A DNA stretch of 64,000 bases, from NCBI GenBank assembly GCA_000708835.1, contig DF237262.1, positions 41,079 through 105,078 on the forward strand, in the 5' to 3' direction. Made by a program: the position numbers and the translations under genes. Origin of the DNA: Klebsormidium nitens (taxonomy: Eukaryota > Plantae > Klebsormidiophyceae). The notes beneath the pieces are model-generated. The model was not told the origin of the DNA. It saw nothing but the letters and a program-made list of their open reading frames with translations, and ran no database searches. Below are positions 1 through 11,200 of the stretch, piece after piece; position 1 is the first letter of the stretch, and each line of letters opens with the position of its first letter.

Positions 1-132
1 TGCATGGGGAGTCAGCAGAGCTGGAGGGAGCAGGGGCCAGCATTTGGCATTGCTGTTGGCATTGCTTGCTTCTAGAACTGCAGACTTCCTAGCAGCTGCA
101 GTGGGAAAGGGGACGTTGCAAGCTGACCAATT

Positions 133-858
133 ATGGCAGCGGCAAGCAAGGAGGAGGTTCAGTCGCAGCGATCAAACGCTGGATACTTGCAGCGGCAATG
201 GAGCAAGCTATCACCCTTCCAGTTGGTTCTCATCTGCATATTGACTGCGCTCATAACCTCCGGGAACGTGAGCTGGACAGACATCTCGTATTGCATTGCT
301 AGCACCGCTTACTTTGTCTTCTTTGCGGTCAAGGTGTTCCCTCCACTTTTGAAAGCTGGATCACCCACTCCAGTCGATCAAGCTGCGCTTCTCTTTAAGA
401 ACAACGAGTTGTTCAAGCTGTACATGACGGTAGCCGCTTTCCTTGGCTTATTCGTTCCTTGCATCTTCATTCTCGCCGCAGCGTTCTTTGGATTTGAGGA
501 AGGCGTAAGATCAACGATTCCGCACGTGTTCCTTCTGGTCGCTCAGATCATCTCCGAAACTGGTTGTGCGGATGTTGCTGTTTCGGACCCGATTAGAGTG
601 CTCGTTCCTGCGAGCTATAATACCAGGCGACTCGTCACATTGGTGCATTGGACCAAAGTTGCGACTAGCCGACAAGTGGGATCTGATATAACGCTCCTGT
701 GGCAAGTATTTGAGGCAATCTTGGCCGTCACCAACCTAGCCTTCTGGACATACAATCTGCTAGGTTTCCTCCTGCCAGTATACCTCCCGTTACAGCTCCG
801 CTTCTATTTCAAGCAAGAAGCGGAGCTGAAGAGGGCCTCCGCAAAGGGTGCGGAATAA
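133..858 (+). CDS. Uncharacterised plant multi-pass membrane protein (241 aa, single exon)
   Basis: Intact ATG-TAA ORF with several hydrophobic segments. Motifs LFKLY..GLFVP, VRSTIPHVFLL..QIISE, IRVLVP..Y..RR and LAVTNLAFWTYNLLGFLLPVYLP resemble, from recall, the Arabidopsis At1g27990/At5g52420-type family. Needs BLAST confirmation. Confidence 0.8.
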   Translation: MAAASKEEVQSQRSNAGYLQRQWSKLSPFQLVLICILTALITSGNVSWTDISYCIASTAYFVFFAVKVFPPLLKAGSPTPVDQAALLFKNNELFKLYMTVAAFLGLFVPCIFILAAAFFGFEEGVRSTIPHVFLLVAQIISETGCADVAVSDPIRVLVPASYNTRRLVTLVHWTKVATSRQVGSDITLLWQVFEAILAVTNLAFWTYNLLGFLLPVYLPLQLRFYFKQEAELKRASAKGAE

Positions 859-2285
859 GCTCAAGCGGAACTGTATTCGCTTTGCTTCACGCTCTCCGCT
901 AAGAGATGAACCAGAGGCATGACAGATCTATATACGTCACTACGGAAAAGAGTTGTTAGAACCTCTCTTTCCAGAAAGCTAGGCTCTCGATTGACCTATG
1001 TTTGGAGTAAAAGCATAACAGCCTTGTGTTTGATAAGTAGGTTATGCAGGCATTGAAACGTCAATTCGTGTTGCCAATAGTATGGCAACTTTATGTCTTG
1101 GAGCGCAACGGGTACCATGAAGTGTAGTAGACAGCAGCTGTCACGTCCACCTCTCTGTGTAATATCCGCACTCTAGCTTGCGATGGTTAGCTTACCAGTG
1201 ACTGGCAAAGCAGTCATACAGGTTGTACTGATAGCGCCTTCAGATCACTACTCATAGCAGTCAATCATATTTGGAAATAGAGAATTGCTGTTCTCGGGCG
1301 CTGGTATCACTTCCGACGATACCAGTACGATCCTTTCGATCCTTTCAATCATGGTCCTGAGATTGCTCCTCACTGCAGGCTTCGATCTATGGTTCACCAT
1401 TCAGCAGAGCTTGCATTGAGTCCTCTTATTTGACGCTCAAAGTGCACCGCGGCCTGGGGGCCCCACCACTTGCAACCTTCTGAGTTTCATGTTTGGAAAT
1501 CCTCCTAGCGCATGCTGCATGTATGTAATGAATTAGGCATATATTATGCATGCAACAGTTTTCCACGCGCCCGACCAGACTCGCTTGCAATAGAGTGGCT
1601 TATATAGTATATTTGAATCGCCACATATATAAATTATATATATTCGCAACATGCATGCAACCCATACGTACGTGGGCGCGGCCACCGCATACGTGACCGT
1701 GACAGCTTTGTGAAGCTTCAACCCATTAACAATCTTGCGATCCGAGTCATATGGAATGTGCGACGGTGCAGTCATATATATAGCGATGGCGCACTCGTGT
1801 GATTGTAGCTCTTGCAATATAGCATATGCCATATAATATGCTTTACGTTCAAGCAAATTTTGCAGCTTTGAATTCGTGCTGCCTGCGCTTGTGCTGCAGC
1901 CATATTCCATCTGCAGCCACGTACATGACAGTGAATGATCATGACAAACTGCATACATAGTTGCCCAGGCCACATGAGAGCGAGCATGAATTCCGGAGGG
2001 CGGTCGTCTACATCTGCTTCCTAGATCGTGCAAACCAATCGCCAGAAAACCGACCCGTGCAAGCAAGCAAGGAGGTGAGAAAAAGCACAAAACTTTCCAC
2101 GTGGATGATAACATGGCCAAACATGACCGTCCACATGCTTAAAAGTATAATGTACATTTTACTATTTACGAGCTACCATTACCTCCCTTGACCATGTACT
2201 TTCAGCAACCATCAAACTTCTCGCCACTGACCAATGTACGAATTGGGACACCTACTTATTGTCTGATGCTGTACACACCTACCCG

Positions 2286-5200
2286 TCACTCTTTCTGTAG
2301 GCGCTGACGCTCGATTTCAAGCCAACCAGGTAGCGGAGAGGACTTGGCTGCAAGAATGCAATTCCAAAGGCGTCAGTCCTCCCATTCTGGACCAAAGAGA
2401 GACCTTACCCGCCAAATTCAATAACTGATTTTCTAAAAGTAAACCCGAACAGCTTGCTATCCCTCAATTCCGTCTGATCTGCAAGTAGGCTTCACCTTCA
2501 AAGTCCTTTATGTCTAAGCAACAATTTAGCAACTTGGGTACCTACTTCAGGGAACCAGACAAATAAACCTTTCATTTCTGAGCAATCGCTAAGCATACGG
2601 CTGATCCATGAGACCAGCTAAGCGCCAACTGATGAATACGCATGGGTAAAATCACAGCAGCATAAACCCCATTGGGCACATGCAAAAAGCTCACGCCTCA
2701 CATTTGGCAAGCAGATACGATCCAAAGCGATGCAGCACTCACGTTTTTCCTGCTCCATGTTTGGGACCGTTCGTTGTTCGGCGTCCGCCCCCGACGCCGT
2801 TCGTTGTAGAAAAAATGCGGCGGGCACTCCCACAAAACTCCTCTTAGTGGAGTCGGCCACGTCATGATGCTGAGGATTGGTTTGGCCCTCCGGGTCGGGT
2901 AGGAGCTTGCTCCCCTCCATGAGCATCTTGTTGACACCCTCCGCATACGACCTGAGGTCGAGAAGCCCACGAGCGGGCGTTAGTGTCAAGTAGCCTGATG
3001 TTTTAAAAGTTGACGTTCACTAGGGTTCACTGAGAGAACACCCCAGACACAGGCAAAGCTGGTCATCTCTACGACCCATTTACTTGATCCAATTTTCGCT
3101 TGTCAAGAAGAAGCGCTTGAAACAGCTTCTTAGTGTCAATCGTGTTCAAAATAGTTCGAGGTGTCGGCCAGGAGTAAGAATGACATCTGGACATTACAAA
3201 CTTCCCACCTTCTAAGAAACACGGTAGATCTTCCGACCCACCCATCGTTGCGTTACCTGGGAGACCCCACTCAAGAGCGTTGCGTTTCCTGGAATGAACG
3301 ACGAGCCCCCCTTCACCGGGTTTTTCTGTCCGCTCAAGGCTTAGGTACTCTTTGGGAGTTGAAGAGCTCACCGAATGGCGGGTGACGTCATGTTCTCGTT
3401 CTTCCCGAGCAGCCGCCGGAGCGTGTCCGCCGACTTGATGAGGTCGACGTTGTCACGCCGCAAAAAGCTGTGGGTTTGAGGCGGGTCCTTCGATACACCT
3501 GAAGGTCAGAAGCGATACGCTCTTTAGTGCGCGTTTTATGCGCAAGGGGCTGAATTTCAGACGCTAGTCTAAAGAAACGGCTTTACCGCAAGTGGCTCTT
3601 TGGATTTGCAAGATTATCGAAGCCCCCGGTTGAAGAGGGAGGCCATCGTCGTATTCTCGCCTTCCAAAATAATTTCTGGCCGGTCAGAGACAGGTGGCAG
3701 ATCTGAAATTTTTCCAGGAGCAGAGGAAGTAACCACAAAATACGCCTCGGCATGTCATGCTTTCTTTGCCTCGTCTGCGGTAAAAGTATGGGCAAACTGC
3801 ATTGTTACTTGGTTACGGGCTGAGAAAAACTTGATAGGGAGCGAAGAGCCATTTACAACGGCGCATAGCCAGTCGCCACTGCACTCCCGTGTGTCCTGAG
3901 GCAAACGGGATTGAAGTTGTAAGAGGAGGGAGAGCTGCGGAAAACACAGCAAGGCAGCAATTCTCACCTCCCATGACCAGCCCCTGCGCTCGCGACTCCA
4001 TCAGCTCCTTCTCCGAGAACAGCGGTTGGTCCTGCACCGAGGGGCTCAGCACGCGCAGCTCCAAAAACCCGGGGCTCTCCCTCCGGGCAACGCTCCCGCC
4101 CTTCCCGAGAAAACCCGTCCGCGCGTCAACGTCTCCCCCCCCGGCGGGGGTCATCGCCTCCTGGCGCTGGCCCAAGAGGTTCGGCCACGGACGCTCCGGA
4201 TTGAGCAGCCCGTCCAAATCCTTCTTGTTCTTCCACACGTCCGGCTGCGGACCGTTGAAGAGCGGGGGCCCCGACACCCCCGTCTGGTCCCGGGGGCTGA
4301 AACGAGGCGGCGCGTAGGGCTTATTCGAGAAGGAATCGCGGCGGCCCTCGAGCTGGGGGGGGAGCCACGTGGGCAGTTCCCAGTCGCGCGAGAGGAGCTC
4401 CTTCTCAGTGAGGTTGGTCCACGTGGGCGCAACTAGGGGGGGGAGGGAGAGGGAGGACGGCGTGGGGGAGGAGCGGTTTGAGAGGGGGACGGCCAGGTTG
4501 AGGTCGAGAGTCTTGTCGAGGAGAGGGCGGTCGTGGGAGTCGTGTCTGCAGTAAGAAGAGCGGTTGGTCTGAGAATTGGCACAGGCGAGCAGCGAGGAGT
4601 TTGTGAAAAAATGCACAATTGAGAGATTTCGCGCAGGATTTGAGAGCAGAGCGAACAGTGCTGATCAGCTTGCGACGGCATGCTCCGAGCAGCTAACCTC
4701 GAGAAGTCAAGAGGATTTCGAGAAACCGCAACAGACACAGTCGATTCCTCGCACCACCATTATACCCAGGTAGCGAGCGAAGCAGGAAGTGACGGCACAC
4801 ATAGCGGTGAAAGTGATGCGCACCATCGTGCAACCTAAGTGCTGCACCCCCGACCCAGGCAACTGTGACAAGAAGCGATCTACGAAACATGCCAACCATC
4901 CGTGCCAAATATCGTCTGCCATTCTAAGCAAAAAATTTGGGCAGTGTAAAAAAGTCATGGCAACTTACGAGGACGCTCTTGCAACCCCCGCTGGCAGGCC
5001 CCGCCCATCCATCCCGCCTCTCAGGAACTGCGCCAGGCCGGTCTTGACGGCCGGCAGATCCGGCTGTCCATGACTCGCACTCCTACCCCACAGCCCCTCA
5101 CTCTCGCGCCCCAGATCCACTGCCCGGGGCTCTCCCCCGAGCACATCCTTCTCCCCGGGGTGGTGCATCGGCAGCCATTTCCCGTTCTTGACGACCCCCT

Positions 5201-8200
5201 TGTCGCGGAAGAACGCGCCGAGCTCCCGGGATTCTCGTCCCAGGGGGGGCGTGCTAGAGTTGCGCAAACCCCCCTCGCGGAGGGCTTGCATGAAGGGTGC
5301 GGGGCTAGGGGTGGCGCCGCGGGAAGGGCCCCCGAGAGAGAGCCCCGTGTTGAGGTCGAAGCGTTCTTGAGTCTCGGGGGCGGGAACGCGGCCAGTGTCG
5401 AGCGCTGACTTCAGCGCAAGGTAAGCGGCGCTGAGCTCCTCGCGGTTGAGCTTGGACTGCAGGATCGCGTGCTCGAACTCCTCTTCTTCCGTGAGGACGG
5501 TGTACGAGGGGCGCACCGACGACGCGCGTCCGAGGTCGTCGGCCCCGCGTCCGAAAGCGTCCGAAGAGCGCCCGAAAGCGTCCGAAGCCGCGCGGGAAGA
5601 CTTTTTCCGGGACCACGCCTTCTCGGCAAAGTCTCCGAGGCCGAGCTTCTCGAGAAACTCGTTCATGGAGGACGACACGTGGCGCGAGCGCGGTTGGGAC
5701 GGAGAGCCGAGCCGGACAGAGGGGACGTCCGCAGAGGGAACGGCGTCCGCAAACAGGGGCAGTTCTTGGGACGGTGTGAGGGGGGTGGCTGGGCGAGCAG
5801 ACTGCGAGAGAGACGAGGAATGACAGGTTTCAGCTTTTAGGGTCCATTATTTGACAACGAAAGATGCTATTCTTGAGCTTGAGATGCTCAACCAGGTTCA
5901 GAGCGTCGTAGAATGATGCAATAAAGAGAATTTGAGCCGTTGATCAGTTGGCAAGATTTGACAGCGCACACTTCAAGGCAAATAAAAAGCTCAACCTTCA
6001 AACTCGCCCTCCAAAAAAGCAACAGCAGCAACACATGAGCAAAATGCTAATCCGCAAGCTCTGGCCCCAGATCCTCTCAAGCCATACCATGATTTGCAAG
6101 CTATCTCTGTGTCTTGGTAGATATCACGCTCCGACAAGAAAAACGCCCACAAAGCATACTTTGCATACCTTGTCCTTGTTGCGCTTGGACTTCGACTTGC
6201 TCCGGGGGGGCTTGCCTTCGGCCTTCTCCACCCCCACCACAGCAAGCTTTTCCTCGAGCTCCCGCAGCCCCTCCCCAGCCTCCTTTCTCCGCTTCTTGCG
6301 CGCCGCCCGCTCTTCCTTCTTTAGCTTCCGCCTCCGCGCCTCCTGTTCTTGCTCCTCATTAATCTGCTGCAACATCGCCACCGACTCCTGCACCGCGCGC
6401 TGGATCTCTTCCTCCAAATTGACGTGGTTCGGCCGCTCCTGGGTGATCTCCGTGTAACCCCCCACGCGCCGCCCGATCGGCACGTCCTCCGATTCCGACC
6501 CGCTGTTGGCCTCCGTCAGCGAGCCCGGGTCGCTCGCGTTCGACCCCCCGTTTGCGGGAAGCGCCAAAATACCATCGCCCAGCTTCACGGTGCGCAAACC
6601 CTCCTCCTTCCGGCGCCGTTTCCGCGGCTTTTTCAGCTCCTCGACGGGATCCCGAGGGAGCGGCTCGGGCACCAACCCCTTGACCGGTTTCTTCGCCGGC
6701 GTCTTCCTCTCCGGCGCTTTCTTTTCGGGCGCCTTCTTCTCCGGCGACCGCATCTTGGACAGGAGCCCGATCGGCGCATCCTCGTCGCCGGAATCACTCT
6801 CCGGTCGCCCCAGCAGCGACTTCTCCAGCCCGCCGCTTTTGGGCGCCTTCTTCGGGCCCTTGCGCACGCCCTTCAGAGCGTCCACCACCTTCTGCGCGCT
6901 GACTTCCGGCACGAACGGCCGGAATCCGCCGAACTCCGCCGGCCGGAGCAGCGCCGGCTGCCACGGCCGCTTCATCCCGAGCCCGAATCCGCTCTTGCCC
7001 TCGTCAGGGGGGCTCCCCGACCTGCTCTCGTCGGCGAGCGCGCTCTTTTTCTTCCGCTTCTTTCCTTCACCGTCCGGATCCTCGCGCCGCTTCCTCTTCT
7101 TCTTTTCCTTCTCCACACCGTCCGTCCCTTTCTTCGCTATTTCGCCCTTCCCGATCAGTCCTGGCGCCACCAATCCCGTCACCGGAAGCCCAATCAGCAG
7201 GTTCAGCTTTGCCAGTTTCGGCACCTCACCTACCCCCGTCAACGCCTTGAACTTCTTCCCAAGCGCCGGCTCCGCCTTTCCGCCCAGTTCCGGCCTCTTG
7301 AACGGAACATCCCCCAACAAGCCCGCCCCCAGGACCGACTTCTTCTTGCTCACTTTGAGCGCCGATAGTGGCAGCTGCTCCATCTCCTCATCCGACAGTT
7401 CCGCTGGCCCCTTTCCTCCAGGGACCTCTTCCATCACCGGAATAGAAAACGGCAGAGGGGGGGACATTCCCCCTGGGGCGGTTACCACGGGGCTAACGGT
7501 AATCCCCCCATGAGACGGACGCTTGCTGGGAGGAACCCGGAAAGCCCCGGCCAGAGGCTCGTCGCTGCTGTAAGACTCCCCGTCAGAGTGCGCCTCCTTT
7601 TGTTCCGTCGTAACGTCCTTTTCTTTCTTGCTCTTTGATGCATCGGCCGCCGGCGCCGCCGCGCCCGCCGCAGGGCTTGCCACTCTAGGACCCCCGAACA
7701 GAGTGCCCTCTTTGAGTCTCTTGATCCAGCCAGCCAACGGGTTGGTCGGCTTTGCTGGCTCCACGGGCTTGCTCGGCGCGCTCTCTTTTTCCTTACTCGG
7801 CAGAGCTTCGTCTTGAGCGACCACCTCCGTGAGGGGTTTCTGGCGCTGCTTTTTCTCCCCCCCCTTCTTCTCCCGCTTCCCATCCAACCCCCTCTCGCGA
7901 ATCCTCGGCCGCCAGACCTCTTCCTCGTCGCTCGAGTCTCTGAGCTTCCGCGTAACTCGCCGCTCCTCCTTCGTGCGAGTCTCGGGTCGCCGCGGCTTGT
8001 CTTCCTCGCTCTTATCCCCCCCAGAGGATTGCCCAGGGGATCGTCTGCGCCTCCCTCTTCCTAAGGACAGTCCACGCTGGTCCCTGCCAGAGGGATCCCC
8101 CCGCTTTGTCCCTCCAGAAGAGAGCCCAAGCTCCGCCCCTTTCTCGCCCCTTCCGGCCCCCACCCCCAATGACGTCAGCAGCTGCCGCTCCTCGCGCCCA

Positions 8201-11200
8201 ATCTTCTCTGCACCGGACGAGAACGCGTCGTCGTCCGAGACCGTCCGCTCCCGATCGTCTTCCTCCAATTCCTCCGCCTCTAGTTCCCCCAGCACGCCCG
8301 TTTTCCCCACGAGGACCTTGGCCGCCGCCAGCGTGCTCTCGTCGTCGTTCTTCTCGGGGGGCACGTTCATCGACGGCGCGCCCGTGGGGCTGCTCTTCAC
8401 TCGCGAGCGTTTCCTGCGATGCCGCTCGGGGCGGGCAGGCGCGTTATCCGCGGCGTGTCTGAGCACCATAAGCCCCGCGACGGCGTCCTCTTCGAAGCTG
8501 TCCATCCCTTTGCCCTTCTGCCCCTGCGGAGACGCGGGGCCCCCGCCCCCCCCGGCCGTCCGCTTTAGCCGTTCCACGATGCGCTTGCTGTTCTTCTCGC
8601 GCTCCTCCTCCCCGAGCGACTCGCTCGACACGATCCTACGCGACTTCTTGCTGACGATCGCGGCGAGCGACTGGAGCCGATCTTTTGGCCGCAGCGACAT
8701 CGGCAGCTTGGCACGGCCCATGAACACGCCGTCAGACCTCTTCTCCGCGGAGAGCCTCGCGCGGCGCAGCGACCCGTTCTCGTCCGAAGAGCCGCCGTCG
8801 GCGTTCGCGTCGCCTTCGCTAGCTTTTTCTTCCAAACGGCGGAGGAGGCGGGCGGAGCGGGGCGCGGCTGAAGGGGGCCGCGGGGAAGGCTTCTCGAGAT
8901 CCTGTACATGAGTTTCGGGGTTAGGGAGACCTGCTTTAGAACTCAGTCGAGCGCCTTGCTGCTTGTAAAACGCAGTCACATCTGCTTTGAACGCCCTTGA
9001 CCAAAACATGACTCTGATTCGTTCTCATCCTACCATTAATGAGGGCGAAGCCGTTTGATTGCCAGGAAGAACCATACGAAGGGAAACAGATGACCAGGCC
9101 AAGGGGATACTGGGATAAAATGCTGACGCACCAAAGCGGCATTCTTTGTCTACGACCCTTTCAGATGCACCCTGCAAGGGTCCAATCTACTCTGAGACTA
9201 GGTTTACAACCACTTATACTGGGAACAAAAGCGTCAATATCGAAGCCCTCCCTGAGATCATCAGCAAACAGCTCCAACAATCGGGCCTCCAAATCTTCAA
9301 ATCTCAAAGCTTCACAGAAGGAACCACAAACAGAAGTTCCCCCAGGGCACCCAGAAAAGCTTACCGTGTAGTAGTAAGTGGCTTTGTGGGAGCCCTTGTG
9401 GCCACCCAGCGCTTGTCCGGTTGGAAAGACCAGCCCGCAGATCTCGCAGGGCCAGCCAAGCGGGACGAACTCTTCAACCGGGCGCTCTTTGACCGGGGGG
9501 GACTTGGGGCTCTTCTTCTCCTTTTGGAAGGGGCCCCGAGTGCCCTTCTTGGTGTTGGCACGCTTCTCCTCCTCCTATGAAGGAAACAAAGTAAACAGGG
9601 GTTCGAAATCTGGCCATCTCAAGAGGGTAGAGGCCAATCCGTGAAGCTTGGTCAAAACGGTTATGCCCTTCAACGTTCATTTGAAAGTTTAGTTTGTTAC
9701 GGATGTTGAGAGAGAGCCGACGCTTTTTCGATCGAGCAGAGCTTAGCAGAGCGCTGGTAATGATTTCACAGTAAGGACTCTGAACCCAGCTGTCAATGTC
9801 CAAAACCTTTCCAGAAGAAGCTCTAAGTTCAAGAGGAACTAAGAATGTCTTAACCAAGATAAGAAGAGATTGGTTCCACACAGCCTAGAAGCATTGCCAA
9901 CAACGTGAGGCAACAGCAAGGGCCGTCCTAGATTACGGGGCCGTTTGTCTGCTGCCTCACCGTGTATGCATCGGTAGGTTTGTGCGAGCCCTTATGCCCC
10001 CCCAGTGCCTGCCCGTTCGCAAAAACCAGCCCGCAGATGTCGCACGTAAAGCCCACTGCGCTGACCTCAGGGACCGCCGCACCCTGCGGCTTTGCAGTAA
10101 GACTTTCCACAGCTTTGTGCGAGCTCTTGTGGCCCCCGAGCTTCTGCCCGTTGGGAAAGACCAGCCCGCAGAGGTCGCACTCGTAGCCCCGGGGAGCGGG
10201 GGGGGGTTCGGGGTCGCTCGGCGGCGGCTGTCTCACCGGGAATGCGTCGGTCAGTTTGTGGGAACCCTTGTGACCGCCAAGAGCCTGCCCGTTTCCAAAG
10301 ACCATGCCACAGATGTCGCACTTGAAGCCACCCTTGGTCTTGGTCGCCGGCTTCTCAGCCTGCAGGAGGTACAGCTATGGTCAGAAGGAGGAACAAGCCT
10401 GTCTGAGGTTGTCTTTGACGAGTCAACAGAAAAGCGTCACACATTCAAGCCACAAGAAGGTGGCAGGGACAATCGTAATCGTACAGTCTGAAATCGGGCA
10501 AAAGAGGAATTTTTTCGCAAGGGATGAAGGAGGCAGCAGTGACAGGTAGCCTGCCCCTGCGTTTCAAGGGAAACGCTCAAAATGTGGTCTCAATGGGTTT
10601 GCGCACGCAGGTAAGCACACGAGGGACTCGACTTGTCAAGCGAGCGGACACTCGAAACCAGTCAAAGCAGACTTGTGACGCCTTCAAATGGGTGCAAGGA
10701 ACCCATGTACATTCAGTGTCAGTCTAGACTGCCAGCGAATTCACTATGAAAGGAGTAGATAAAGCATTTAGCACTGATCAGACGAAGCAACGAAGCTAAT
10801 CTCGCAGCTTTTGCATGGATTGCGCTGAGCAAGGGCACCCAGTGCTCCCAATCACGAACCACCAGTCTCGACGTTCATGAGACTGCCAACCACAAATCAG
10901 AGGTGGCCCCTCACCTTCGCCCTCTGGGGAGCTTCCTCTTCTTCAAAGAACCGGGTGACCGGAACCCTCTCCCTCTTTCCGAGCCCCCTGGTAGCTATTT
11001 TGTCTGCCCCCGTTCCATCATCAGCACTGTTGGGTGTTGCTCCGCTGCCACCTTCCTTATCGCCCCCCCAGTCCTGCGGCTTTGATTCCAGCCGGCTGCC
11101 GAATCCAGAGTCCCTCTCTGGCCCCGTTACCTCCAAACCGACCTCCACTTCCTCCCCCATCTTCTCCAACCCACTATCCTCCCCCCTATCATCAAGCACC

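Noticed and set aside
1850-2480. Alternative terminal exons for the transcription factor (2478-2409 and segments near 2020-1850)
   Set aside because: Splice sites look plausible, but the phases did not chain without stops, so they were not included in the model.
3069-3371. 100-aa minus-strand ORF that first looked like a transposase fragment
   Set aside because: It starts at a splice donor and spans two introns plus the 32-nt microexon of the transcription factor. No DDE or other transposase motif is present.
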